Below, in pieces: positions 11,515-19,703 of a stretch of DNA of 64,000 nucleotides. The notes beneath the pieces are model-generated. The model was not told where the DNA came from, did no database searches, and was given only the letters and a program-made list of their open reading frames with translations. Source of the stretch: Acidimicrobiia bacterium (lineage in GTDB: Bacteria > Actinomycetota > Acidimicrobiia > Spongiisociales > ZC4RG35); the NCBI GenBank assembly GCA_035550735.1, contig DASZOM010000041.1, positions 4,216 to 68,215 of the forward strand, in the 5' to 3' direction. The first letter of the stretch is position 1, and the number at the start of each line of letters is the position of its first letter. The position numbers and the translations under genes were made by a program.

Positions 11515-12504
11515 ATGGAAGACCTCCAAAGCCTCGTTGGTATTCCCCGAATCTGGGACCAACTGGGCCGTGTCGAGGAACGCCTGCTGGAAGCATCGGC
11601 TGCCGACGACCCATACCTGACGAAGATCGCGCAGCATCTCCTCCTCGCCGGCGGGAAGCGCTTCCGGCCCCTGCTCGCCCTCCTCGGCGCCGAGTTCGGC
11701 GAGCCCCGGGACCACCGGCCGGTCGAGGCCGGCGTGGCGGTCGAGCTGATCCATGTCGGCTCGCTGTATCACGACGACGTCATCGACGAGGCCGACACCC
11801 GGCGCGGGGCCAGTTCGGCCAATGCCAACTGGACCAACTCGGTGGCGATCCTGGCCGGGGACTTCCTCATGGCCCGCGCCTCCGAGGTCGCCGCCACCCA
11901 CCTCAGCCAGGAGTCGGTGCGTCTCCTCGCCGCGACCTACGCCGAGCTGGTCGAAGGCCAGACCAGGGAGCTGCAGCTCACCGACGACCTGACCCACGGT
12001 CTCGACGAGTACCACGAGGTGATCGGGGGGAAGACCGCCTCCCTGATTCGGACGTCAGCCCGGCTCGGGGCCATGGCGGCGGACGCCAACCAGCCGGTCG
12101 TCGACGCCCTGTCCACCTGGGCCTGGGAGGTCGGCATGGTCTTCCAGATCGCCGACGATGCCCTCGACCTCGTCGCCGACGAGGAGACCATTGGCAAGCC
12201 TGCCGGATCCGACATTCGTGAGGGCACATTCACCGCCCCGGTGCTGCGGGCCGTGGCCGGCCCTGACGGCCACCTGGTGACCGAGCTGCTCGCGACGGGT
12301 CGCCCTTACCAGGACGAGACGGTGGCCGAGGTCATCCGATTGGTGCGGGAGGGCGGTCATGTCGACGCCGCATTGGAGACGGCCACCACCCGTCTCGCCG
12401 TGGCCGACTCGGCATTGGCCGGCCTGCCCGCATCGAAGCCACGCGAGATCCTGGAGCGTCTCGGTGCGTATCTCCTGGAGAGGGTGGAGGCGGCCCGGGT
12501 CTGA
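11515..12504 (+). CDS. trans-polyprenyl diphosphate synthase (GGPP/heptaprenyl synthase family)
   Basis: First and second Asp-rich motifs LYHDDVIDEAD and FQIADDALD. Occupies the position where mycobacteria encode lsr2. Confidence 0.85.
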   Translation: MEDLQSLVGIPRIWDQLGRVEERLLEASAADDPYLTKIAQHLLLAGGKRFRPLLALLGAEFGEPRDHRPVEAGVAVELIHVGSLYHDDVIDEADTRRGASSANANWTNSVAILAGDFLMARASEVAATHLSQESVRLLAATYAELVEGQTRELQLTDDLTHGLDEYHEVIGGKTASLIRTSARLGAMAADANQPVVDALSTWAWEVGMVFQIADDALDLVADEETIGKPAGSDIREGTFTAPVLRAVAGPDGHLVTELLATGRPYQDETVAEVIRLVREGGHVDAALETATTRLAVADSALAGLPASKPREILERLGAYLLERVEAARV

Positions 12505-12518
12505 GACCGTCGGTATTC

Positions 12519-12567
12519 GTTCTGTGAGGGTTTGTGCACGCACCGTGTCCGAGGACACTCACAGAAC
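12519..12567. repeat. REP-like nested-hairpin element, copy A (GTTCTGTGAG...inner hairpin...CTCACAGAAC)
   Basis: 10-bp outer inverted repeat enclosing a GGTT-led spacer and the inner palindrome gtgtcc-ga-ggacac. Lies 3 nt downstream of the lysS stop; a second copy is at 15760-15807. Confidence 0.6.
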
Positions 12568-12570
12568 GGG

Positions 12571-14043
12571 TTACGACCGTGGTCGCAGTGTGGGAAAGAG
12601 GATCACTTCCCGAATGTGGGGCTGGTCGGTGAGCAGCATCACCAGCCGGTCCACCCCGATTCCCAGGCCCCCGGTAGGGGGCAGCCCGTACTCCAGTGCC
12701 TCGATGTAGTCGAGATCGACCGGATGCGCCTCCTCGTCGCCACCCGTGCGGGCCGCGGCCTGCTCCTCGAACCTCTGACGCTGATCGTCGGGGTCGTTGA
12801 GCTCGCTGAACGCATTGGCATACTCGGCGCCGGCTATCACCAGCTCGAAGCGGTCGGCGATGCGGGGATCTCCGGGGTTGCGGCGGGAGAGAGGTGAGAC
12901 CTCGGCGGGGGGATGGGTGGCGAATGTGGGCTCGACGAGAGACGGCTCCACCAATTCCTCGTACAACTCGTAGATGAGCCTGCCCGAGGACCACCCCTCC
13001 TCGATCTCGAGACCCCGATGGCGGGCGAAGTCGAGGAGGTATCCCGGATCGGTGTCGAGGTCGACCGGCTCACCGACGACCTCGGACACGAGCTCGAAGA
13101 CGGTCGCCCTCCGGTACGACGGTGCCAGGTCGATCTCGGTGCCCTGGTAGGAGATGACCGTGCTCCCGGTCACGGCGACCGCAACCGCACCGATCACCTC
13201 TTCGATCAGAGCCATGATGTCGGTGTAGTCGGCGAAGGCTTGGTAGGCCTCGAGCATCGTGAACTCGGGGTTGTGGGTGGAGTCGATGCCCTCGTTCCTG
13301 AAGATCCTCCCTATCTCGAAGACCCGCTCCATTCCCCCGACGACGAGTCTCTTCAAGAACAGCTCCGTCGCGATCCGCAGGTACATGTCCATGCCGAGGG
13401 TGTTGTGATGGGTGCGGAAGGGCCGGGCGGTCGCCCCGGTCGCCTGGTGGAGCAGCACTGGTGTCTCCACCTCGACGAACCCGCGGTCCTCGAATTGCCG
13501 CCTGAGCTCGGACACCACCTTCGCTCTCGTCGAGGCGACCTGGCGGGCCTCGGGGTTGACCATGAGATCGACATAGCGGCGCCGGCTCCGGGTCTCCGTG
13601 TCGACGAGCCCATGCCACTTGTCGGGCAGAGGACGCAACGCTTTCTGCAGGAGAGTCAGCTTGCCGACCCGGACACTCAGCTCTCCCCGCTTCGTGGCCA
13701 TCACGCTGCCGGTCGCCCCCACCCAATCACCCAGGTCGAGCTGGCCGAAGCTGGCGACCACGTCCTCACCGGCGGTCGCGGTGTCCACGAACAGCTGGAT
13801 CGAGCCGCTCATATCCTGGAGTGTCCCGAACTGGAGCCTCCCGAACGAGCGGTGGAGCATGAGGCGCCCGGCCACGGTGACGATGTCGTCGGTCTCCGTG
13901 CCCGGCTCGATGTCCGCGTAGGCGTCGTGGAGCTCGGACGCGAGATGGGTTCGGTCGAATCGGTGCGGATAACCGCCGGCATCGATCGACGCCCGGTGTT
14001 TCTCTCGCCGACCCTCCACGAGCCGCTCTTCGCTCTCGCTCAT
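12571..14043 (-). CDS. lysS: lysine--tRNA ligase (class II)
   Basis: OB-fold N-terminus and class II motifs (FRNEG, GGLGIGVDRLVMLLT). Confidence 0.95.
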   Translation of the reverse strand: MSESEERLVEGRREKHRASIDAGGYPHRFDRTHLASELHDAYADIEPGTETDDIVTVAGRLMLHRSFGRLQFGTLQDMSGSIQLFVDTATAGEDVVASFGQLDLGDWVGATGSVMATKRGELSVRVGKLTLLQKALRPLPDKWHGLVDTETRSRRRYVDLMVNPEARQVASTRAKVVSELRRQFEDRGFVEVETPVLLHQATGATARPFRTHHNTLGMDMYLRIATELFLKRLVVGGMERVFEIGRIFRNEGIDSTHNPEFTMLEAYQAFADYTDIMALIEEVIGAVAVAVTGSTVISYQGTEIDLAPSYRRATVFELVSEVVGEPVDLDTDPGYLLDFARHRGLEIEEGWSSGRLIYELYEELVEPSLVEPTFATHPPAEVSPLSRRNPGDPRIADRFELVIAGAEYANAFSELNDPDDQRQRFEEQAAARTGGDEEAHPVDLDYIEALEYGLPPTGGLGIGVDRLVMLLTDQPHIREVILFPTLRPRS

Positions 14044-14053
14044 CGAAACGCGA

Positions 14054-14941
14054 TCATGGCATGGCCGTCAGCGTGCTCGCTTCGTCGAGCAGGATTCCCC
14101 GATCCGGTACCGGCTTGCCATCGACCATGTCGAACGCGACGTTGTCGATGAGCCGGACCGCCCCAACGTGGGCTGCCACGGCGAGCACGGCAGGCTGGTC
14201 CAACATCTCGATCGGCTTCATGGTCTGTTGCGAGGCGAGCTTGACGTAGTCGACCTCCAGGCTCTTCATCGAACGGGCCACGGTCGACTCGAGACGAGCC
14301 CCCCTCCTCTCCCCGGCGTCGGCCTGCTCGGCTGCCTGGAACAGCCCCTTGGAGATGGCCAGTGCCTCGTAGCGGTCCCGCTTCCCCAGTCTGACGTTGC
14401 GACTGGAGAGGGCCAGGCCGTCCGGCTCGCGCACGACGGGCGCCTCGACGATCTCGATGGGGAACCTCAGGTCCCGGACCATCGCCCGGAGGACCGCCAG
14501 CTGCTGGGCGTCCTTTCGACCGAACATGGAGAGGTCCGGCTGGAGACCGGCGAACAGCTTGGCCACGACCGTGGCGACACCGACGAAGTGCCCGGGCCTG
14601 TGCTTGCCTTCCATCTCGTCGGTGACCCCGATCACCTCCACCGTGGTGACCGATTCCCCGGGATACACCTCTGCTTCGGGGGGCGCGAAGAGGATGTCGA
14701 CACCGTGCTGGGCGGCGAGCGAGGCGTCTCGCTCCTCGTCTCTCGGATAGGCCTCGAAGTCCTCGGGCTGGTTGAACTGGGTCGGGTTGACGAAGAGGGA
14801 GACCACCAGGGTGTCACACCGCTCGCGGAGTCGGTCCATCAACAAGAGATGACCCTCGTGGAAGAACCCCAGGGTGGGCAGCAACCCCACCCTGCCCTGA
14901 TAGCGGTGGCGCGTCTCGTCGAAGCCGCGGGTCACTTCCAC
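14054..14941 (-). CDS. panC: pantoate--beta-alanine ligase
   Basis: HxGH-type motif FFHEGHLLLM and the PanC fold. Overlaps the upstream DUF2520 gene. Confidence 0.9.
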   Translation of the reverse strand: MEVTRGFDETRHRYQGRVGLLPTLGFFHEGHLLLMDRLRERCDTLVVSLFVNPTQFNQPEDFEAYPRDEERDASLAAQHGVDILFAPPEAEVYPGESVTTVEVIGVTDEMEGKHRPGHFVGVATVVAKLFAGLQPDLSMFGRKDAQQLAVLRAMVRDLRFPIEIVEAPVVREPDGLALSSRNVRLGKRDRYEALAISKGLFQAAEQADAGERRGARLESTVARSMKSLEVDYVKLASQQTMKPIEMLDQPAVLAVAAHVGAVRLIDNVAFDMVDGKPVPDRGILLDEASTLTAMP

Positions 14942-15720
14942 CGGTGCAGGTCCTCCTCGCGTCCGGCCCGGATCGTGGTCGCCTCGGCCATGAGGCGAAA
15001 CTGCCGGCCCACGTACTCGGAGACATCGTGGGCCGCGGTGAGATGCCCGATCACGGTGTCGATGTCACCACGGGCGATCGGGCCCGTCAGCGAGGCCGCC
15101 GGCCCCTTCTCGAAGACGTTGGCCACCGCCCTCTCCACCAGCGGCCGGGACACCTTGGGGTCGATGCCTGCCGAGTGGAAGAGGTCGGCGGACACCGCCA
15201 GCGACGTGACCACGAAGTTGGCCGCTGCGGCGGCGGCGGCGTGATAGGCGGGACGGGCTGCGTCGTCGAGCCGGAAGGGCTCCATTCCCAGGGTGACGGC
15301 GAGATGGGTGAGGACGTCGGCGCCGAGCTGGTCACCGTCGATGCCCACGAACGAGCCTTCCAGGGCCTTCGCACCGCTCTCGGCGTCGGGAAGGGATTGG
15401 AGGGGGTGAAACCCTCCGACCGCGGTGCCTCGCTCCTGGATCTCGCGCAGCGCGAGCACCGGGGTGAATCCGGAGAGGTGGGCGGCCACCCCCACTTCGG
15501 ACACATGAGGGGCGATTCGGGCGGCTACCTCGGGAATCGCCTCGTCGGTGACCGCGATGAGGACGATGTCAGCCTCGGGGAGCTGGACGTCCCAGTCCAG
15601 TTGCTCCCATCGATCGACAGGATGACGGCTGAGCACCCCGACGATGTCGTGCCCGGCCGCTTCGGACGCCAACGCGATGGCGCCACCTGCCCGACCCGGG
15701 CCGACGACGATCAGACGCAT
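14932..15720 (-). CDS. Rossmann-like NAD(P)-binding DUF2520-family protein (ketopantoate-reductase-like, panC-associated)
   Basis: N-terminal GxGxxG (VVGPGRAGGAIA) and Ala-rich C-terminal domain. Conserved upstream partner of panC in actinobacteria. Confidence 0.65.
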   Translation of the reverse strand: MRLIVVGPGRAGGAIALASEAAGHDIVGVLSRHPVDRWEQLDWDVQLPEADIVLIAVTDEAIPEVAARIAPHVSEVGVAAHLSGFTPVLALREIQERGTAVGGFHPLQSLPDAESGAKALEGSFVGIDGDQLGADVLTHLAVTLGMEPFRLDDAARPAYHAAAAAAANFVVTSLAVSADLFHSAGIDPKVSRPLVERAVANVFEKGPAASLTGPIARGDIDTVIGHLTAAHDVSEYVGRQFRLMAEATTIRAGREEDLHRWK

Positions 15721-15759
15721 GGATGGGCTCGCCGGGGCACGGCGGCGAGGCTACATCCA

Positions 15760-15807
15760 TTCTGTGAGGGTTACTGGACCCTCTGTGTCCACAGACACTC
15801 ACAGAAC
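15760..15807. repeat. REP-like nested-hairpin element, copy B (ATTCTGTGAG...inner hairpin...CTCACAGAAC)
   Basis: Same architecture as copy A; inner hairpin gtgtc-caca-gacac shows compensatory changes. Lies 13 nt downstream of the stop of the basic-protein gene. Confidence 0.6.
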
Positions 15808-15820
15808 CGTTTGCGCGGGG

Positions 15821-16153
15821 CTACTCCTCCTGGAGCTGGTTCGGGGTCACCACCGGCCAGACCGCGTCGACGGCGGCTTTCTGGTCCTTGTAGCCATATC
15901 GGCGTTTCCAAAACTTGGTCTTCCACACCCGGTACCTGCGCTTCGCGGGGCTCTGGTGGCCGTTGCTGGTCTCGTGGGTGCGGGTCCGCCGCTCCTCGGG
16001 GAGGACGACCCCGTCCGGGTCGTCGAAACTGTGGAGCACCTGGGCGGCGGCGTGGCGAGTGGCGCGATGCTGTTTCTTGCGCTCCTCGTGGCTGGGACGG
16101 CTCTCGTCGTATCCGGGGATTCCCTGCCGATGCTTCCGCGACCTCTTGGCCAT
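15821..16153 (-). CDS. hypothetical highly basic small protein (110 aa, Lys/Arg/Trp-rich)
   Basis: AGGAGG RBS 6 nt upstream of ATG, and high GC3 throughout. No confident family assignment. Confidence 0.45.
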   Translation of the reverse strand: MAKRSRKHRQGIPGYDESRPSHEERKKQHRATRHAAAQVLHSFDDPDGVVLPEERRTRTHETSNGHQSPAKRRYRVWKTKFWKRRYGYKDQKAAVDAVWPVVTPNQLQEE

Positions 16154-16263
16154 TCATAACCTCCTGTCGTGAACGTGGATTCGTCACTCACCAACACAGG
16201 GGGCGGGCCGCGGCCTGACGCCATGTCCCGAAGCTAGCAGCTACATCGGGTAGTCGTTCACGG

Positions 16264-17214
16264 TCAGAGGACGAGAGGGATGAGCCTCGACCTCACCATT
16301 TCCCGGTAGGCCCGATAGCCCGGGAAGTGCATCCGCAACCGTCTCTCCTCGTAGTCGGCCTTCACCCAGAGATAGGCGAGCAACATCAGGGAGACGGCCA
16401 ACGCCGACAGGCTTCCCAGCAGCAGCCCGGCCCCCATCGCCATGAGCACGATGCCGCCATAGATGGGATGGCGGACGAGGCCGTAGGAACCAACGGTCAC
16501 CAGGCGAGTCTGCGAACGCGGGAGCGGGCTCATCGTCAGCGAAGGGCCGAGCCGACGGCTGGCATCGAGAGCCAGCCCGACACCGAAGACGGCCAGGGCG
16601 GCGCCCATCAGCGTCGAGACCGTCACCCGGTCCGGCAGGGAGCCCTCGAGCCAGAGGACGGTGATCAACAGGGCGATGATGGCGAGCTGGCCGGCGACCA
16701 GTGCTACTGCCGGCAATCGCGGCCTGGGAGGCAGCCAGCGGCGGGCGAGGAGATCGACATCCTGATCGTCCACCTCCTCCAGGGCGACGGACGCAGAGAG
16801 CTCGTCGGACACCGGAGCCTCGGGCCAGACCTCGACGAGGGGGCGGAGCACGAACTCACGCTCCGTGGCTCGGGGATGGGGGACGGTCAGCTGCTGGGTG
16901 TGGATTGGAGGTCCGTCGGATGACACGATGTCGAGGTCGAGCGTCCTCGGCCCCCAGCGCACGTCTCGTTCCCGGCCCTCCTGCTGCTCGATCTCGTGGA
17001 GACGGGCGAGGAGCTCGAAGACGTCGAGCTCGGAGTCGAGGGCCACGACCGCGTTGAGGTAGGGGCCCTGCTCGGGCCCGCCGACCGGAGCGGTCTCGTA
17101 CAACGACGACACCACCATGCCGGCTCCGATCCGGGTCAGGGCGGCATGGGCCCTCTCCAGGTGGGCGAGACGGTCGCCGACGTTGGAGCCGAGACCGATG
17201 GCGTAGCGGGTCAC
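16264..17214 (-). CDS. folK: HPPK (FolK) fused to a C-terminal polytopic ICMT/PEMT-like methyltransferase-family membrane domain
   Basis: N-terminus MTRYAIGLGSNVGDRLAHL...TEREFVLRPL is HPPK. The C-terminal ~150 aa have 4 TM segments with RHPIYGG and EERRLRMHFPGYRAYREMV motifs in one continuous frame. GTG start overlaps the folB stop. Confidence 0.75.
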   Translation of the reverse strand: MTRYAIGLGSNVGDRLAHLERAHAALTRIGAGMVVSSLYETAPVGGPEQGPYLNAVVALDSELDVFELLARLHEIEQQEGRERDVRWGPRTLDLDIVSSDGPPIHTQQLTVPHPRATEREFVLRPLVEVWPEAPVSDELSASVALEEVDDQDVDLLARRWLPPRPRLPAVALVAGQLAIIALLITVLWLEGSLPDRVTVSTLMGAALAVFGVGLALDASRRLGPSLTMSPLPRSQTRLVTVGSYGLVRHPIYGGIVLMAMGAGLLLGSLSALAVSLMLLAYLWVKADYEERRLRMHFPGYRAYREMVRSRLIPLVL

Positions 17215-17570
17215 CGGCTCCGTTCGATGGTGACCGACACATCCTCGAAGACCATGTCGATGGGTGCGTCCGGCTTGTGGATGGTCACCACCGAACGCTG
17301 CACGCCGGGATGGGCCATCACCGCGTCGGCGACACGGGCGGCGACGGTCTCGATCAGCTTGTAGGAGGCGGAGCCGACCACCTCGCGTATCTCCAGGGCG
17401 AGCTCACCGTAGTCGAGGGCGTCGGAGAGGTCGTCACTCTCCCCCGGAGTCACCAGGTCGGTGTAGGCGACGACGTCGACCTTGAAGACCTGGGCCCGCT
17501 CCTGTTCGTGGGACAACACGCCATGACGGGCGAGGACCTCGATGCCCCGCAGCTCGATCCGGTCGTTCAA
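17211..17570 (-). CDS. folB: dihydroneopterin aldolase
   Basis: 119 aa with typical FolB sequence (IELRGIEVLARHGV...KVDV). TTG start overlaps the upstream stop (TTGA). Confidence 0.85.
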   Translation of the reverse strand: MNDRIELRGIEVLARHGVLSHEQERAQVFKVDVVAYTDLVTPGESDDLSDALDYGELALEIREVVGSASYKLIETVAARVADAVMAHPGVQRSVVTIHKPDAPIDMVFEDVSVTIERSR

Positions 17571-18061
17571 CGCCCGCTGGCCTCGGGGATGAGAGAGCGG
17601 CCCTCCGGGCCCAGCGCCCGGCCCAGGATCTGCTGGATCAGTGCGAGGGCGAGGATCGGATCGTCCACCATGCCCGAGTCGACCAGATACCCCCCGAGGA
17701 GGCCTCCGATGGTGTCGTCGATGGTCTCCCGATGGATGAGCACCCTGGCGTGATTGCGGCTCAGCGCCTTGTCGAGGGTGGCGAAGAACCGCTTCACGTC
17801 ACTGGTTGCGACCGGGTTGGCGAGGGGGACCGAGTAGGTGGCGATCCCGGCCTGCCGATAGGCGGCGAGATTCTGGTTGCCGGGCAGCATGGAGACGATG
17901 GTGTTGATCTCTGCTTCCTCCACCAACCAGGTGATCTCCTCCTCGCGACGCACCTTCCGGTGCTGGAATCCAGAGCCCCCCACCCTGTCAGATACTGCGA
18001 GCTTGTCGGAGATGACCCAGGTGAACCCACGCGGTTTCAACCCTGCGACCATGCGTCCCAT
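17567..18061 (-). CDS. hypothetical protein with dual-specificity-phosphatase-like fold but no cysteine (HRETIDDT in place of HCxxGxxR), inserted between folP and folB
   Basis: Pattern VEEAEINTIVSML ... AGIATYSVPL ... ARVLIHRETIDDTIGGLLGGYLV follows the DSP domain layout. The protein contains no Cys at all. Confidence 0.45.
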   Translation of the reverse strand: MGRMVAGLKPRGFTWVISDKLAVSDRVGGSGFQHRKVRREEEITWLVEEAEINTIVSMLPGNQNLAAYRQAGIATYSVPLANPVATSDVKRFFATLDKALSRNHARVLIHRETIDDTIGGLLGGYLVDSGMVDDPILALALIQQILGRALGPEGRSLIPEASGR

Positions 18062-18906
18062 TACTGGTTGGTCACGATAGCGGCCGCCACTCCCAGCGCA
18101 TCCTTGGAAAGGGCAACGTCGTGGACCCGAAAAAGCCTGGCGCCACGGGCATAGGCGAGGGCATTGGCGATGGTGCCGGCCCGATCGCGGTGCTCTCGAG
18201 TGTCATTGGCCACGAGCGAGCCCAGGAACCCCTTGCGGGAGACCCCGACCATCACCGGGAGCCCGTGGGCGACGAGCCGGTCGAGGTTGGCGAGAAGAGT
18301 CAGGCTGTGGTGTGCCCGCTTGCCGAACCCGAGCCCGGGGTCGATGACGATCCGGCGCTCGTCGACACCGGACACCCGCAGTGCGGCCACCCGATCGAGG
18401 AGAAACCCGGTCACCTCGGCGACCACGTCTTCGTATCTCGGCTCGATGTGCATGTCGACCGGTGTGCCTTGCATGTGCATGACGACGACACCACAGTCCG
18501 ACGTGGCCACGACCTCGATCATCTCCGGGTCCCTGAACCCGGTCACGTCGTTGATCGCCACCGCCCCCGCAGCCAGCCCCTCTCTGGCGACCCCCGGCTT
18601 GTAGGTGTCGACGCTGACGGGAACCCCGGCCGTCACCAGACCGCCCACCACCGGGATGAGGCGGCGCAACTCCTCGGCTTCGGGGACCGGTCTCGCCCCC
18701 GGACGCGTCGACTCGCCGCCGACGTCGACGAGGGCGGCCCCCTGCGTCATCATCTCGAGACCGCGGGCGATGGCGACATCGGGGGCGAGGTACTCGCCAC
18801 CGTCGGAGAACGAGTCGGGCGTCACGTTGACCACCCCGACCAGGGCGCCGCCCCGCAACGAGATCGGGCCCCCGGATACCGACCAGGTCACGCCTGGCCC
18901 GGTCAT
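18061..18906 (-). CDS. folP: dihydropteroate synthase
   Basis: GVVNVTPDSFSDGG, DVGGESTRPG and GVSRKGF motifs. Start MTGPG at 18906 overlaps the folE stop (ATGA); the upstream 63 codons of the table ORF are run-on. Confidence 0.9.
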   Translation of the reverse strand: MTGPGVTWSVSGGPISLRGGALVGVVNVTPDSFSDGGEYLAPDVAIARGLEMMTQGAALVDVGGESTRPGARPVPEAEELRRLIPVVGGLVTAGVPVSVDTYKPGVAREGLAAGAVAINDVTGFRDPEMIEVVATSDCGVVVMHMQGTPVDMHIEPRYEDVVAEVTGFLLDRVAALRVSGVDERRIVIDPGLGFGKRAHHSLTLLANLDRLVAHGLPVMVGVSRKGFLGSLVANDTREHRDRAGTIANALAYARGARLFRVHDVALSKDALGVAAAIVTNQ

Positions 18907-19481
18907 CAGCTCCTCGTGCCGAAGAGCAATGACATCGTCTCGGCGCGGGTGGCCGGATTGGCCTCCATGATCCCGCGAACCGCCGAGGTGACCGTGAGCG
19001 CCCCAGGCTTTCTCACTCCGCGCATCGACATGCAGAGATGCTCGGCTTCGACCACCACCATCACCCCAAGCGGCTTGAGGCGGTCGTTGAGGCAATCGGC
19101 GACCTGGGCGGTGAGCCGCTCCTGCATCTGGGGCCGTCTGGCGTAGCCCTCGACGAGACGGGCCAGCTTGGAGAGACCGGTGACCCTTCCGTCAGGGATG
19201 TAGGCGACGTGGGCCTTGCCGTGGAAGGGCACGAAATGATGCTCGCACATCGAGTAGAAGGGGATCTCGCGCACCATGACGACCTCCTGGTAGTGCTCGT
19301 CCCCGAAGAACGCGTCGACCAGGTCTCCGGGATCGGTGTGCAGGCCCTCGAAGACCTCGGCGTAGAAGCGGGCCACCCGCTCCGGTGTGTCGACCAACCC
19401 CTCACGGGTGGGGTCCTCCCCGATGGCCTCGATTATCTCCCGAACCGCCTTCTCGATGCGGCCGGTGTCGATGTCCGTCAT
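18906..19481 (-). CDS. folE: GTP cyclohydrolase I
   Basis: Typical FolE sequence including [18 protein letters not shown]. Confidence 0.95.
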   Translation of the reverse strand: MTDIDTGRIEKAVREIIEAIGEDPTREGLVDTPERVARFYAEVFEGLHTDPGDLVDAFFGDEHYQEVVMVREIPFYSMCEHHFVPFHGKAHVAYIPDGRVTGLSKLARLVEGYARRPQMQERLTAQVADCLNDRLKPLGVMVVVEAEHLCMSMRGVRKPGALTVTSAVRGIMEANPATRAETMSLLFGTRS

Positions 19482-19537
19482 TGCAAGGGGAAACTAAGAC
19501 CGTTCCGACGGTATTTCCGCTCATATCGGATTGGGGG

Positions 19538-19616
19538 TTGACACTGACATCATCATGACTGTATGGTGACATCATTCTGACATCAGATCGGTGTCAGAAG
19601 TGACACCGAGGAGACG
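19538..19616 (+). promoter_or_regulatory. promoter-like TTGACA-N18-TATGGT followed by an array of TGACA/TGTCA half-sites and palindromes (TCTGACA-N9-TGTCAGA; GTGTCA-gaag-TGACAC) and GAGGAG RBS
   Basis: Five TGACA and one TGTCA within 70 bp, lying between divergent folE and the leader/RHH operon. Confidence 0.5.
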
Positions 19617-19619
19617 CTA

Positions 19620-19703
19620 ATGTTGGTGACCATGATCCCCAACCAGATCGAGGCCCTGATGGAGCAGCGCATCCGCAACTACCGACCGGCACCACGACGC
19701 TGA
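19620..19703 (+). CDS. putative 27-aa leader peptide (MLVTMIPNQIEALMEQRIRNYRPAPRR), translationally coupled to next ORF
   Basis: GAGGAG 6 nt upstream of ATG, and high GC3. Stop TGA overlaps the ATG of the downstream ORF (TGATG). Confidence 0.3.
   Translation: MLVTMIPNQIEALMEQRIRNYRPAPRR

Noticed and set aside
14944-16218. 424-aa plus-strand ORF
   Set aside because: Spans three well-supported minus-strand genes (DUF2520, REP element, basic protein) in antisense; Arg/Gly-rich.
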